Origin: Amphiscolops sp. MND2022
Lineage: Eukaryota
Length of the DNA stretch: 64,000 nt
NCBI GenBank assembly: GCA_964187785.1
Contig: OZ076409.1
Span: forward strand, 43,030,001 to 43,094,000
Direction of reading: 5' to 3'
Made by a program: the position numbers and the translations under genes. The notes under the pieces are model-generated. The model worked only from the letters and a program-made list of their open reading frames with translations, was not told the DNA's origin and searched no databases. Every line of letters starts with the position of its first letter. Positions within the stretch are counted from its first letter, which is position 1. Shown here piece by piece: positions 23,901-37,170 of this stretch.

Positions 23901-25758
23901 ATATATCCAGAGATTTTGAGTCCCACATAGGTGCAGAGATATTTCCTTCGTGAACTATTTTCACTGCATTCTCTGGACTTAGCCTCGTTTTCGGCTGTTT
24001 CTGACTTGTTCATCCATCCTGAGTCATCCGTGAACTGTCGATTGATGAGATCCCTTTTTTGCTCGACGCTTCCGTCATTTTTTTCTATTTCAGCTTTTCT
24101 ATTTCTTTTCATGCAAGTCAGCTCTTTCTCTTTGTATTGCTTCGCTCTTCAGTCTCTCGAGACGTGTTTGCAGTTCTTCTTGCTCTTTCAGAGCTTTTAC
24201 TTTCAAATGAAGAACTCGGAGTTTTCGGAATCACAGATGTTCTATTGCTTCTGGTTTTAACCAGTTGTGAATTTCTGCCCAGTTCCTCTATTTGTAATGA
24301 TCCATGCTCGTTTCTTTGATTTCGAAACTCGTCCGATTTCTGATCCTCTGCTTTCTCTATTGCTAGAAGAATCAATCGCTCTTCAATAGACTCCTTCAAG
24401 CTAACTTTTGTTCTGTTGCCTATATGGACTGTTTTGTCAGACACTTAACAGTCTTCTCCGAGTAGTGATGTTACATTGTTGACTGAGTTTTCCACTTCAG
24501 ATATATTCTGTCTCCCATGGCACAGCGAGGTTTTTGGTGAATGGTTCTTCTGGACCGCATCAGTGATTGCTTTTCACTAGTCGTTTTCTTTATACAACTT
24601 TGTTTTGTCTGATCGACACGTCGTCGTCTCAACTTCATTGTGAGGGGGCATCTCCTAGCTGCGTCTGCAGATGTTCCATCTTCCATCTGGCTCAGGTTCA
24701 ACGCCTTTGTCCTGTGAATTGGTCACTTTAACTTTTGCCTCACATCGGGGAACCAGTATCCACAACTCGATTCCAGTTTCGCAAAGCATTCTTCCCATTC
24801 AGTCATACCTCGACTGAGCTGTCTTTGCGTTTCTTCATTTGTAAGAACTCACAGAGTACACAATAGCTCAAACTCCATTGTCACAATAGCCCAAAGCTCC
24901 CAGAGTTGCAATAGCCCAATCTCCCAGAGTCACAATAGCCCAAAACTCCCAGAGTCACAATAGCCCAAACACCCAGAGACACAATAGCAGAGACTCCAAG
25001 ATTCAGACACCTGTTCTTCCTGGGCAATCTTCTCATCTTCGGTTGTCTTCGTCCTCGTCTCCTTCCAGGCCGATTCGACCAAATGTAACGGCTGCTTGCC
25101 CTTATCCTGCGCTGAGGTTTGAGAAGCTTTACGGCGCCCTGATCCGTTGCTTAGTACTGTTGACCGTTACTCAACAAATCCTGATTTTCGTGTTTGAAAG
25201 GACTGTATCTTTTGGCTGGTGGGTCCGATGTGAGTATAAATAAATGACATTTAAAGCAAAATATGAAGTTTTTGGCTAAGTAAACAAACAATGTGTTGGT
25301 TTTGATATGTTGGTCACGTAGGCTAGAAAGTATGTTTACACAATGTAAATATCATGAATTTCAACAGAGTTACATTTCCTTCAAGGTCATATGAGAAAAT
25401 CACATAGTAATTTGTCTATCAAAATTGGGTTTTCATGGGGTCTGACCTAGTTCACTTTGGGGGTTAATTGCTCGGAACCCAGAGGAGAGGAGATACGGTG
25501 TTGGGAGTTTCGAGTGAAAACGAGGTTGGTTGAGTTAGCACCTCTAGTACATACATGCCAAGGTTCACGGTGATTGAACAAGTGCTTCTCAGAAAGGGGA
25601 TGGCCCTTTTTTTTACATAGTTACATAGGGTCATTTTTGCTAAAACTTGTACTCTTCCAACTAACATCTTGACAAGTTTTCTAAGTGTTTCGAGTTATAA
25701 GTTTAATCAGGCACGTTCAAAATTGAGTTTCTTATCTTGCAATCGACTGGCGCCAACA
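20930..25758 (-). mobile_element. Non-autonomous or decayed BEL/Pao-type LTR element with both LTRs
   Basis: LTRs at 20930-21884 and 25084-25758 both start TGTAACGGCTG on +. TSD TCGTT/CCGTT (one mismatch). PBS-like TGGTCGAATCGGCC on minus next to the right LTR. 'VVKLAPMF' resembles the BEL integrase C-terminal RPVVKLAP motif just before a purine tract. Confidence 0.8.
24853..24998. repeat. Minisatellite of about six 24-25-bp units in the element leader
   Basis: Consensus CACAATAGCCCAAAACTCCCAGAGT. Confidence 0.85.
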
Positions 25759-26018
25759 CCGTTCAAGTAATAATATTTTGCATTTTGTCTGCTTTTGATA
25801 TTTTGTTAACTGTGAAAATTTAATTGAGCTGATTTAAGTTTTCAGTAAGCTTCTCAAATTTGAAACTTTGTTGTTCTTGATCACAATTTTTGAGAACGAA
25901 GTAGATAATTCAGTTACAAGCAGGGGGACTCTTCAATTCGTCAGACACGTATTAGTTTAGCGAGCTTGGTATGACGTAAAGGAATGAATTGATTTCGGCC
26001 AATCAAATTCAAGCATGG

Positions 26019-26232
26019 AAAATTACGATAACGTAGTCAGCTATGTTCACATACTCCTAGTGTCCTAAATGCAGAAGCGAACCGGAGCGGAGCGACGTGC
26101 CATATGGCCATGCCTCAATATTGCTACTTGTTCGCGAAGGGAGCGAAGCGACCAAGCCATACAACAAATACGCTAATCGCCACAAATTATAACCAAATGA
26201 AAATAATCGCTGATATGGAATTCTTTCGACGC
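26019..26232 (-). repeat. Second copy of the CGCTTCGCT-rich module
   Basis: Reverse complement of 10030-10238. Confidence 0.8.
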
Positions 26233-29200
26233 ATTCAATTGGTTTTTTTTCGACGATTTGAATGTTCAACGAATTGAAGTTGCACCTACATGCAGAACGG
26301 AATCACATGTATCAATATATAGTATCGAACGCAGACAATAGAAAAACATCAAACGAAAGGTAATTTTTTAACAAAGTGTTTTAAATATTCCTCATATAAG
26401 AACGAGAATCCACCTAACTGAACAGAGACCACAAAAGTATTGGAGAAAAGGTAAGTGTTTCCTTAGTTCCGCGGGGTGAGTGCGCAATAAGCAGATCTGT
26501 TTTTCTTAGTCGGCGCCATTTTCGGATTCTTTGTAAAACCTTGGTAGCACCATATTTCCAGCCAAATAGTCAAACAATGGTGACTGAGCCCTGGAGTTGT
26601 GGTTCTAAAGTCAAAAGTGCTAGAAGCAAATTTAGTAGTGAATTCAAACATTAAAAAAACGAATATATAAATTATCATCCTTTTCTGTAGTTTCAAGTGC
26701 CCAACCAAACTGTTGTTTTCCTATAAAAGTGGTTTCCGAGTACCCTTAAGGGTAGCAGATTTTAACGTTAATGTTGTGTTGGTTTGATATTTTTCGGGTC
26801 ACTTAATTTCTCTCACTTTTGTTCTTACGTAGTCGCTACGTCGTAGTTAGATTGATTTATAGTTACAAAATTCTCAAAACTGGAAATTAGTTGGTTGTTC
26901 GAATAATCTTAGTTAAACCGTCGAATAACTTTGGAAAGCATTTGTAATTCTAACTGCGACATGAGTTGATTGCCATTAATGCCCGTATAGTGTTTTCTCG
27001 AGTACTGTTTAAAAAAGAATCAATGAAAAGTTAGTTAATGTTAAAATATTTGCTCAAGTTGTCCAAGATTTGAAAAAATATATATATTTCAACATTGCTC
27101 TCAGTTTTTCCCCTTTATCCCTTCTGTTCAAAAACTTAAGAATATTTTGCCCCCTTAATTTAATTATCTAATCTTAGTAATGATATATTAGTAAGAAAAA
27201 AAATTTTGGGAGTGCAGATCCAAAAAGTCTTGTAACGTCAGGCAGTCGGTGTTACAAAATTTCGATGAAAAATTCGAAATGTGCGGTATCAAATAAGCAC
27301 ATTCAAGATGGCCGACCCGGAAGGTACGGAAACTGTAGAAGAAGCGAAAAAACGCAAAAAAGACACCCCCACCCAGCCCGAGAGAGAACACCCCGCCACA
27401 GAAGTATTCCCGAAATCGCCGTGCAGTGCCACCTCCCTCGGAAGACGTCCCAGCTAACGGCAGAACCCATAGAATGGCCCAAAAGATGAAGAAACTCAGA
27501 AGTTTGCATAGTTTGCATGTGCCACCGCGCAAACCCAAGAACCGCTGACACTGACGCCTGATGTTTCCTCAGTCTGGTGTACCGTATTTGAGGTTTTTGC
27601 AGATATTTGGTGATGTTTGACCCCTATTTTCGTTATTGTACGTTATTCATCTAATTAAAAGGTACTCTAGCTAAACCCCTCCGGAGGTTTTAGGAGACCA
27701 TTTCGGGATTAAGAACTAATGTCTAGGGCTGTAGTAAGACAACGGTCTCCTGTTTAAGCGCCCTAGCCATTATCCCACTTCTATGATGTACTCTGCTAGG
27801 TGGACGTTACATCTAGAAAGTAAATTGGTTTGCTGGATGAAACGTGAAGTGGCGACACTTTTTTGGACATTTACAGTTGGAGGAAATCATTAATGGAAAA
27901 GATTCGAAAGAAATTTCATGCTCAACTTGTTAACACTGTTTACAGTGTAACTAACCACTACGAAAAATGCTGCATAAAGAGGATGCCACTGTCTTGGTAA
28001 CGTATATACCTTAATATTAGCTTGACTTGCTGCATGGGGCCTGAGAGCGATAGCTCCGACTTACTTTATGAGGAAATTTTTTTCTCCTAAAAGAAAGCAG
28101 ATGCGTTGACTCCAGGAGTTCCTCTGGACGTATTTTTCATTAATTTTCTAAATTTTTACTTCACAGTTCATAATTTTACTTCAAAATTTTCACACATTAT
28201 AGTTTCTGCACTTTTATACCGGCTTACTTTCTGATGAATATCCTTAAGTCTATTTCTCACATCAAGGCAAAGTGCAGAAAAAAGTAGTTCTTAAATTTTT
28301 CACTGCAAATGAACACTGTTTTCAAAGTCCTTGAAACCTCATCGATTTGAAGGTTTCCTCCCAGTTCAACCGTTGGAAAGGATTATTACAAAAGGCTTTC
28401 CTCGAAAAAAACGGAGGTGACCATAGTGATGAGGGGAAGTTTTTTGTCTCACTTTATAATACAGAAGACAAAATTTCCCTTTTCACCACCTTTTGTGGAA
28501 TGAAGGAAATGAACTGTTTATTTGAAAGGTTTTGCGAAAATTTTTGCAACTTTTGTTTGCACTGCGTCTGCGGTTTTAATAACCTTCCAACAAATTTTCT
28601 ATCGAAATTCTCGATGGTGTTCTCCTGCAACGAGGTCTCTTTGAAAATCTTTCCTAACTTTAGCTCTTTTGCAATGTGTCAATCACATATGCTCATATAA
28701 AAGTATTGATTTTGCAAGCACTTTAAATTCTATGAAAATGAAACGCAAATTTTCACCAAGTAGATAGAAAAACCTTTTCCTTTTCACCAATCTAACAAAC
28801 GCACCCCGACAGCGGAGGCTACTGTCACGTGGTCATGGCCTGCACGTCTTTGCAATTAGGACCTGCAACCTGCATAACAAAATACAAGTATCTTCACACT
28901 TGAAAGGAAGAAAAAGCTTCCAATAACTGAAATTTGCATACCACGGTAACTTCTTCGACAGATTCCTTATAATTTTAGACAAAACTTTTACAAAACACGA
29001 TAATGTGGAAACTACAAGAAGTTCAGCAATATCAGGATTATTTACTACCGAAAATCTTCAGTGGATTCATTTTCTTTAGAAAAAAAAGGCTTGGCGTGTT
29101 ATTTGAGCTGTCATTTAACATGCAAGTTAGCTAACAACGTTATTTAATTTTTTGTATCTTACATTTTTTGTATTTTTTTCCATACAATATACTTTGAGCT

Positions 29201-30104
29201 TTGCGGGTGACAAGTTAGGTTTCAGCTCAAAGTTTGACTGTCAAAAATAAACAACGTTTTTCACAATAAATTACAGTAAGTTTCGTCAAAACACGCGTTT
29301 TGTCAACGTTGAAAACAGCCATTCCCCCAGTTTTAAAAACTTGCTTTCTGTTCGATGACAAATATTCAAGTTTTCGACACACTATGCTGCAGTGACACTG
29401 CGTGTTTCGTTAGTTGTTTGAAGAGTATTTTTTAGCTTGAAATTTTCTTTTTTTTTAATTTCAGCTTTGAACATGGAAGTGACCTTGGCAAAATGACACT
29501 AAGTCAATTTTAATTCCTTTTTTTCCTGTAATTGGCGCTCTCTTCGGTCGATGCTCTAGGTACCCAATTGACGTTTTTTTAGTTAGGCTCTCGCTGATTA
29601 AGTGAATGGAAATGGCAGTTGCATTATTTTTTCCGCCCATATTTTCGCATGGGAAATAAAAATTCACTTTTTTCTTCATGTTGCCTTGTTCCAATTATGC
29701 ACCCAATTGATAGAATTTTCTTTCAGAGAAATCAGCTATCGCGAGCGTAGATGTATACGTACTTAATAGCTGATGCATATGTCGAGATACCTTTACTTTT
29801 CAAAAGAAAAATGCCTCCAAAAGCTTTGAAAAGACCCTAAACTTTCGAATTTTTCATCTCCTAATGCAATTTTTGTAGTTTCCAAGAATAAAAATAGCAC
29901 AAAACTCAATGAGAAAGCATTTAGCTGTTTCTCAAATAGTGAAAAAAAATAATCATTTTTCGATAGCTTCGGGGATTTGAGTTTCCAGAGATTAACAAAA
30001 TAATTCTAACAATTTTTTTAGAAGAAAAAAATTCGAAAAGAAAAGGAAACGAACTAAAGGTTTTTCAGAATTTTGTGCTAGTTTTTGTTCAATTTCTAGA
30101 TGTT

Positions 30105-30462
30105 GTTCAGCCGGTGCTTCTTACAAGAAGTGCCCGACTCTAACAGTGGCTAGTTTTTTTTGTGAATTTTCGTCAGACCACAGAGCTCAATCTGTTTGTA
30201 CCAGAGGTTGATACAGAGAATATTCGGTTTAGTGGGTACTACACAGCGGTCACAGGCTCGAGTCCCTACTTCAACCAGGAAGTTTTTTGTGTATTTGCAA
30301 AACCAAGTGACACTAAAGCGTCTTCTTTTTTCGAGTTTTTGGACTTTTTGAGACTATTTTTTGAGATTTTGGAAAAATTCGACAAGTCTCCAAAAGTTCC
30401 CTTTCAATTGTTTCTGATATTTTGCAACCAACTAGATTTTTAAACAGAGAAAAGGTTCCCCT
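30105..30462 (+). mobile_element. 5' part of a Helentron-like (HINE) copy, cut by the adjacent Gypsy element
   Basis: TGCCCGACTCTAACAGTGG and TTTTCGTCAGACCACAGAGCTCA match the other copies; similarity stops at TGTTGAAA (30463). Confidence 0.6.
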
Positions 30463-33065
30463 TGTTGAAATAGAACTTTATTGAATTGAAAAATGTAGAA
30501 TGTTTAAAGAATGTATCATGGAGTAGTTTATATATAAGGCAACAGCAAAGTTCCGAATAAATACGTAGTTCTCTCTAACTCTTTTAACAGGTATTTACTA
30601 ACAAGTGTGACACCAATGACCTTCAGCAAATTTTCACACTCTCCAGTTTAATAATATTGGTCAATACAAATGTACGTTAAGTAAGGTAATATAACTAATT
30701 ATCCAAGTACTATGTAATTCACAGTTTATCAGTATATGTTCACTGCAACCTTGTGTTTAGCTGTCAAACTTTCTTCATCACGTTCTTTTCTTCGTCATCA
30801 TAACGTATATCCCGTGTCGTTGTGTGGCCCTTCTCTTTCAGCTATTTCGAGGTTGGCTGCTGGTGATTGTTTGTGGTGCCTTTGCTTGCTTCGTTTTTTT
30901 CATAAGAAATGCCGTTTCTTTTGGCGTTGCCACTTGTTCCATATTGCCACATCTGTCTCATTTGGCTTTGCAATCTCAATTACCTTGTTAGGGCCGTCTG
31001 ACCCGTGTGTCTCTGAGTTCACTTTCGGCCATCTCGCTGCTTCTTGGCATGTCGCAATCTGACATCTCGTCTACCTCGATAGTCTCGACTGGTGGGCTGT
31101 AATTGCTCACATCCCCACTTCTTGCTTTCTTCTTCCGTTGCTTCACAGATTTAGCTTCTTGTCAGCATGTGTTCTGTTTCGTCCAGAATTCGTCTTTTTT
31201 TCTTTTGGAATGCCGATTCCAACTTGCTTCCACGTGCCCTTTCCTTGATTAGGATAGTCGAATCAGACTTTTCGAAACTGACTTTCGGATCTTGTTCTAA
31301 ATCGCTTTTTTCTTTGTGCACTAACTCATCCACTATTTTGCTCTTGACCGTTCATGCTGTTTTTCAAATGGTTACTTCCCGTCTATTATCTTCCCGGTTC
31401 CTAAGGCGTATAAAATTTCTGACAACCCCGAGTTGTTTTTTTTAGTATTCTGCTCTTATTCGTACGCAAGAGATCGTTCAAGGTTCTAATTAACCTTTTT
31501 GTTTCACCATTTTCGCGGTGGTCACAAACCAGACAATTAAATTTTGAACGCGAAACTGTTGGCAAAATTTTTTGAATTGTGCACTCATAATTAGCGTTTC
31601 CGTGGCATGATCATCAGGCATGATCGTATTCATTCGGACATTCCGTAATGCGCCATATAGTGTTTCAAAACTTCAATAAATTTCTTGGTTGTAAATTCAT
31701 TTGAAAATAACGCTTCAGGCAACCCTGAAAATTTGTCCAATGATAGTAGTCAATACTTTTTCCGTGTTGTGCATTTTGGAAAGGGCGAGCAAAATCTAAG
31801 GCACTTTCTTCATTCGGTTCCGACGGGTCTGTTTTTTTTTCAAATCACTTTGTTTTTGTAACAATTGAACGTTCTTACCAGCTGCACTGTTTCCATCGCA
31901 GTATCTCGCTATGTTTACCACGTCTCGGTGAATCTTCAGGACCAAATGTCGGTCACGTTTCTTAACACAACGTCCCTTCAGGAATGACCATTATGTAGTT
32001 AGCTCATAATAGCCGCTCTCAAACTAGTCAGTATTACCAGCCGATTATTCATGTAAAGGGAATTCCTTTGGTCGACGCTCAATGGAATAAATTTCTCTCG
32101 CAACGGTGATAGTAAATTCCTCTTTCCCCATTTTTAACTAAACTAATGATTTTTTGCAAATTTTGTCAGCTTTGTAATTCGCCGGAAGAAATGCTTCATT
32201 AATTTTGTCTTTTGTTCAAATGATGTTTGCACTGTCAACTTGGCTGTTCAAAGGACTATTCGCACCACTGCTTTGATAGTTCCGTTCTTATTTTGGCCGT
32301 GCTTCATTTTGATTGGCTGATTGGTTTTGTTTTATCTTCGCTTGACTGCCGTTCACTCTCATTTTCACTTTCCACTTCCAGCGCAGACCCTCTAGTCCGT
32401 GTCAAAACATTGCTTTTCTGCGCTGCCACTGGTTTAGCCTCATTCACAGGAATAGCATTAATTTTTGAAACGGCATTCACTGTGAACCAAAAGTTCCACA
32501 GTTGTTTCGCATGGATCGTTGATCCTTCCAGTTCACTCGGGTGTCTTATCAAATAATCGGTAAAACCTAACACCCTTCCTGGTGCATGAGTTATTTCAAA
32601 ATCGAACGGTAACAAACGATCAAACCATTGCGGTAAACCACTTGAAAATGTCTTTTGTCCGCGATTCAGTCTTAATAGTCTCTTGTGATCTGAAATCACT
32701 TGAAAATTTATTCTGAACACGTACTTTTTGAAATTCTCGATGGCCCAGACTTCAATTCATTTTTGGAGTACTTAGTTTCAATATCCGGTAAAAATCTGTA
32801 CGCTGACGACACTGGTTTTCATTCTTGGTTGTTTTGCTGTTGCTGAAGTGTTGCGCCCGACCCCTTTTTGCTCGTATTGCAAATTATTCTTATCGGGCGA
32901 TCTCTTTTGAAATGTTTCAGTTCGTTAATTTTCTTTAATTCTTGGTTTAATTTTAAAAAGGCTACTTCATGTTCGTTCGTCCACTTCCAAACTGCATCTT
33001 GTGTTCCAAAATTGATCTAAATGGGAAACATATTGTTGCAAGTTCGGGTACGGATCTATTTAACT
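30463..33065 (-). mobile_element. Decayed Mag-type Gypsy fragment (RH, INT and probable 3' LTR), related to 15463-19055
   Basis: ISDHK...KTFSS...DRLLPFDFEITHAPG..DYL.RHP at 32304-32720; 'ILIKERARGSKLE' at 31151-31333; minus-strand AATAAA...TTTCAACA terminus at 30463. Confidence 0.8.
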
Positions 33066-33234
33066 GGCCGAGACAGCAGAGATGTAGGTGTATCGGTTGT
33101 CGATAATACCCATTCCGTATTTTCGACTGCGCTGCTTGTAGAGGGTTTCAATTGATGTCCAATGATCTGCTGAGATGTTGCGGGGGACTTTCTTGTTGTC
33201 TTCAGCTGTTCCTTTTCCCGCTTCGGTTATGGCG

Positions 33235-33773
33235 TTTTTAGTCGGCGCATTTTAGTCGAAAATGTGCCCGACTCTCACAGTGGGTAGTTTTATTTTACTC
33301 GCGAAAGGTCCACTTTTTTGTTCATTTGTTCAACAATTTGAACTATGGCGGTTCACCACACTCGAACCTCAGAAGCGCGTCCAAAACGAAAAAAAAAACA
33401 AAACACGTCCAGAATCTCGAAAATACACTAAGGAGCCCACCTTAGCCCCACTTTTTTCGGCACTATGCGACTTTTTTTGAAACTTTTTGGATTGCACCAA
33501 AGGGTCCCCCTTCATTTGTTTCGATATTTGGCAACACAATGGATGTCAAAAAATTCCAAAGGGTCCCCCTTTTACATTTTCCGGCACTGTGACTCTGTTC
33601 AAAAATCACTTTTTAAAAAATTGTTTTGGGATTTTTTCTCAAGTCACCAAAGGGTCCCCCTTCAATTTTTTCATATTTTGCAACTAGCTGGAGTTTCACA
33701 AAGCCCGAAGGGTCCCCTTTCACAATTTTAAGCCTTAGATATAGCCCCGACTTTGGCCGTTCTCGGCTTGTTT
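33235..33773 (+). mobile_element. Helentron/Helitron2-type non-autonomous element (HINE-like), complete
   Basis: 5' TTTTTAGTCGGCGC with a nearby partial inverted copy (CCCGACT); 3' subterminal CCCCGACT, then a GCCG..CGGC hairpin and TTGTTT; internal AAAGGGTCCCC tandem units. Confidence 0.7.
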
Positions 33774-35473
33774 ACTGTTAGTTTTTTTTTACAAAAGTAA
33801 GATTTTTGGACCTGCTTAATTCAGTTTCTCGATTTTATATATCTATGTCGCGATTGGACTCCGTGTTTTAGCTAAAATTGCTTTCTAAGTCTCTTTCTGA
33901 TTAATTAATTCACCGTCTCTACAAAAGTTTGGATTCTTGTCAAGTGAACTATCTAATTTTACGTTCTCGGAATTCGGTTTGAGATGCACATGAATGAAGT
34001 ACTAAGTGTCCAAATATCGACCGGTTCTTGAACTTTGTCCGCCGGATAAGTTTTGGTTGTGTTACAGTAGAAGTTACAATCGTCATTGTTTTAGTTTAGC
34101 TGATCGGTGTAGTCGTGTTCATTTGTGAAGGCTTTTCGATTTTGTCATTGAACAGTGTATCGTCGCCCCTTGTATCTTTCGGTGATTGTTCGCGGCATGT
34201 GAAGTAGCGGGGACGGTAAAAAACTTCCGAAAAATAATGTCCAAAATGTCATGGCTTAAGTGAATAACTTCCAAAGAAAACAATTCTGATATTCAACGGT
34301 CACGGTGGTAGGTTGTATAGCCGAACGGCAATAATGCAGAACAAATTTATAGCAGAACCGAATCGAATTCTTAATTGTGATTGGTCGCTCCGTTCGACAG
34401 CGAGCTTTGAATGATGAAACTATTATGCAACTTGACAATCGGTAAGAGGAAATGAAACTCAATGAGGTAGTTTGCTAATTTCGTTGTCCAATCAGATTTG
34501 ATATCGGCTTTATATTCGTTCTCCTTAAAGCTCGTTCGGTTATACGAACGGCTACCAACGGTCACATACATCTTGCGTAATGAACGCAGGAGAAGCGTAG
34601 CGGAGTGACTTGCAACTACTGGTCCAGCAGTTGCTTTTGACTAAGGCCAACGAAGGAGTAAGGCAGAGTCATACAGCAAAATTTTCAATAGGGTTTCACT
34701 TTTTAGATTATTTCTTTAGAAGACCTTTTTGGACATTAATTGCAATAAATAGTTTTGGACTTATTCCTAACTCGCTTTGAACGTTATTTCATAAAACCGA
34801 GCGAGCTACCTTTGCCGCATCGTCCCGTGCTGTAAGTTTCTCCACAATGGGAAACGGTAGTGTATGTTTACAGATTCGCTCAACGAATTCAGTTGTGCCT
34901 ATATTCGTATGTTTTCCATTTGGGGTTGTCCCCGTTGCCTTTTGGCTGTTCATGAAAAACTCTCTGTCTGAGGTCTCTGTTTCAAAAACCGATGGCAAGT
35001 AATTCTTTTTCATCACTACGTTATATTGTTTTGTCAGTAGTTGTAAAGAATGTATCACTATTGTGCAATTTCAACTTCAAGTATCCATTTTATTGAAAAA
35101 GATGATAACACTTGTATGTACTTGAGTGAACATCAACTTGATAAGGAAATTGTGTTTTTAATGGGAGCGGGACAAATATAGTCGATTTGAAAAACGACAC
35201 AATAGATGATTAGCGCAACTTTCTTTTGAAGCAACATTGATCGAAAACAAAGACCAGTCCGCGTCGTGGCGTAACTAGTGCTTTGAGTCAATGCGTTCGC
35301 TTTGATGTGTATCGCCATCAGCAAAAATGGTTTCATTAGTACATACATGATGTCAGTTTTCAATGTACAACCACATGTGTGAAAGTGTTTTTGAAGTGTT
35401 TCCGAAGAAACCACCGCAAACGTTCAAACAAGACGCCCGCTAACACCGGGATTTTTTTCGCTAAATATGTAAC

Positions 35474-35540
35474 GCATCAGCAAGGGTTCGAACCCACGAC
35501 CTCGTGTCTGCCAGGCACACGCACTACCAACTGTTACTTG
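35474..35540 (-). other. tRNA-derived segment (A and B box) inside a repeat; not a functional tRNA call
   Basis: TAACAGTTGG A-box-like, GGTTCGAACCC B box and a CGTGT..ACACG arm; poor acceptor stem. Confidence 0.55.
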
Positions 35541-37170
35541 ACTAGTATAGTTACTAGTAATATAGAAAATACTAGTAATATAGTTAATAGTAAAATAGTC
35601 GAGTAACTAAAAAATAGACAAGTATTTAAATGAACCGGAGTGGAGATAAAGCGGAGTTTTGGGAGAATTTGGAAAAACGCAGCACAGATTATAATTTTCC
35701 TCCCCTTTAGGGGTGGGCGGAAAATAACAATCAAAAAAGAATCTCAGCTTAGTTGATCTATCATGCAAGTGTTTGAGGTCAAAGTCCACAAATCACAAGC
35801 TGTATCAAACGACTAAATTTTGATACTCATAAACTCAAACCTCAATCAGATGCAACTGACATCTCACCAAATCATTTTGAAGTGACTTTTCTTTCCTCGC
35901 ATATGTTACAGGAGTAGCCAGCCTTTAGTCCCGATGAGCGTCCAATCTTACAAGCGACAAAGTTTCTTGGATAAAATAGTGCAGCGATGTCAAACTCCTC
36001 ACTATCCTTTTCTGTTGCTATTGTCCTCGCCAGCGTTATTTTTTCTTTTTTTTATTTCGGGGTCTTTCTGTGAGTCTTTGAACTGTGAAATTAGTTTAGC
36101 CTTGTTTGGATGTTTGGCATTGATCAAAATCGATTGCAGGCTTCCAAGTTGTTGTCTGTTTTGTTTTCACCGTTTTTAAAGGCGTTGCAAACACTCCATT
36201 TCTCAATCGCCAAGCGCAGTGAGTGTCTGCCAGTCCCAATGTTCCAAGGTACTGCGATATAATTTTATTCGACTTTCCGGAGAAACGTTTTGCATTATTG
36301 TCTTCTGTGGTTTTCTGTTGCTGTTCAAATCTTTGAGAAGACTCGAAACTTCAATGACTGATGCCTGGAGTGGATTGATTTGTGTCGAAATGACAATTGG
36401 CATTCTCAGTGCTTCTTTATTCGGTCAAATTAATTATATTCTTCCAATTACACTTCAGCTACTACATGTAGAGTAAAGTTAATACATGTAGTTGGCGAAT
36501 ACGTCCAACTTATGGTTTAAAGGTATCTTGTTCTGCTGACTCGTTATGCTTCAGATAGTATTTTTATTGTGTTACCTTTTGATAATTCCATTTCATTTTC
36601 TCCGTGGAATTAGCTCAAACCGGCCATTTTATCGTATGTTTGAAATCGGTTGTTTATCTCATTCTGGAAATCGTCTATTGTGTTCCGCTTATAATCGGAT
36701 GTTTTGTCCCGCCTCCTTTTTCAAATATAATGAATGCTTCAATTTTGGATGTAGTTCAGGCAAGAAATTCAAAATTCAATGTCTGAAGGTGATGCTAATC
36801 TTTGACCTACTTCACTTAGTATTGTTTACTATCAAGAACTTTACTTGAAAGAGATTGTTGCCAAGATTCATTTCTAAAAGTACGTCTAAAGTTTCCTTAA
36901 TGCTCACTCGAAGCAATTGCTAAATTACGTAACACTACATTATACAAAATGAAAACGTAGTCAAATACAATTTAAAGGATTTTTCTTGAATGCGATGATA
37001 ATCCCGCCAACAGCCAGTGAACGCTGAAGATTTTTGAAATTTTCTGTTATTTCTTAACTTTGTCTGTGTTTCGCTACAGGAACTTCGATGTACTGCAATA
37101 ATCATTTATATCCATGGCTCGAGGTCGAAGACATAGAACGTTTCATAAGATCATATGACAAGTCGGAAAT

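Noticed and set aside
24853..24998. CRISPR-like array
   Set aside because: The units are contiguous with no unique spacers, there are no cas genes, and the context is eukaryotic.
27900..28150. Further LINE RT relics here and at ~45850-46320
   Set aside because: Only isolated degenerate motifs (PGVPL, DFASAF); too weak to list as features.
35474..35540. Functional tRNA gene
   Set aside because: The acceptor stem and anticodon loop are not canonical, and it sits in a repeat.
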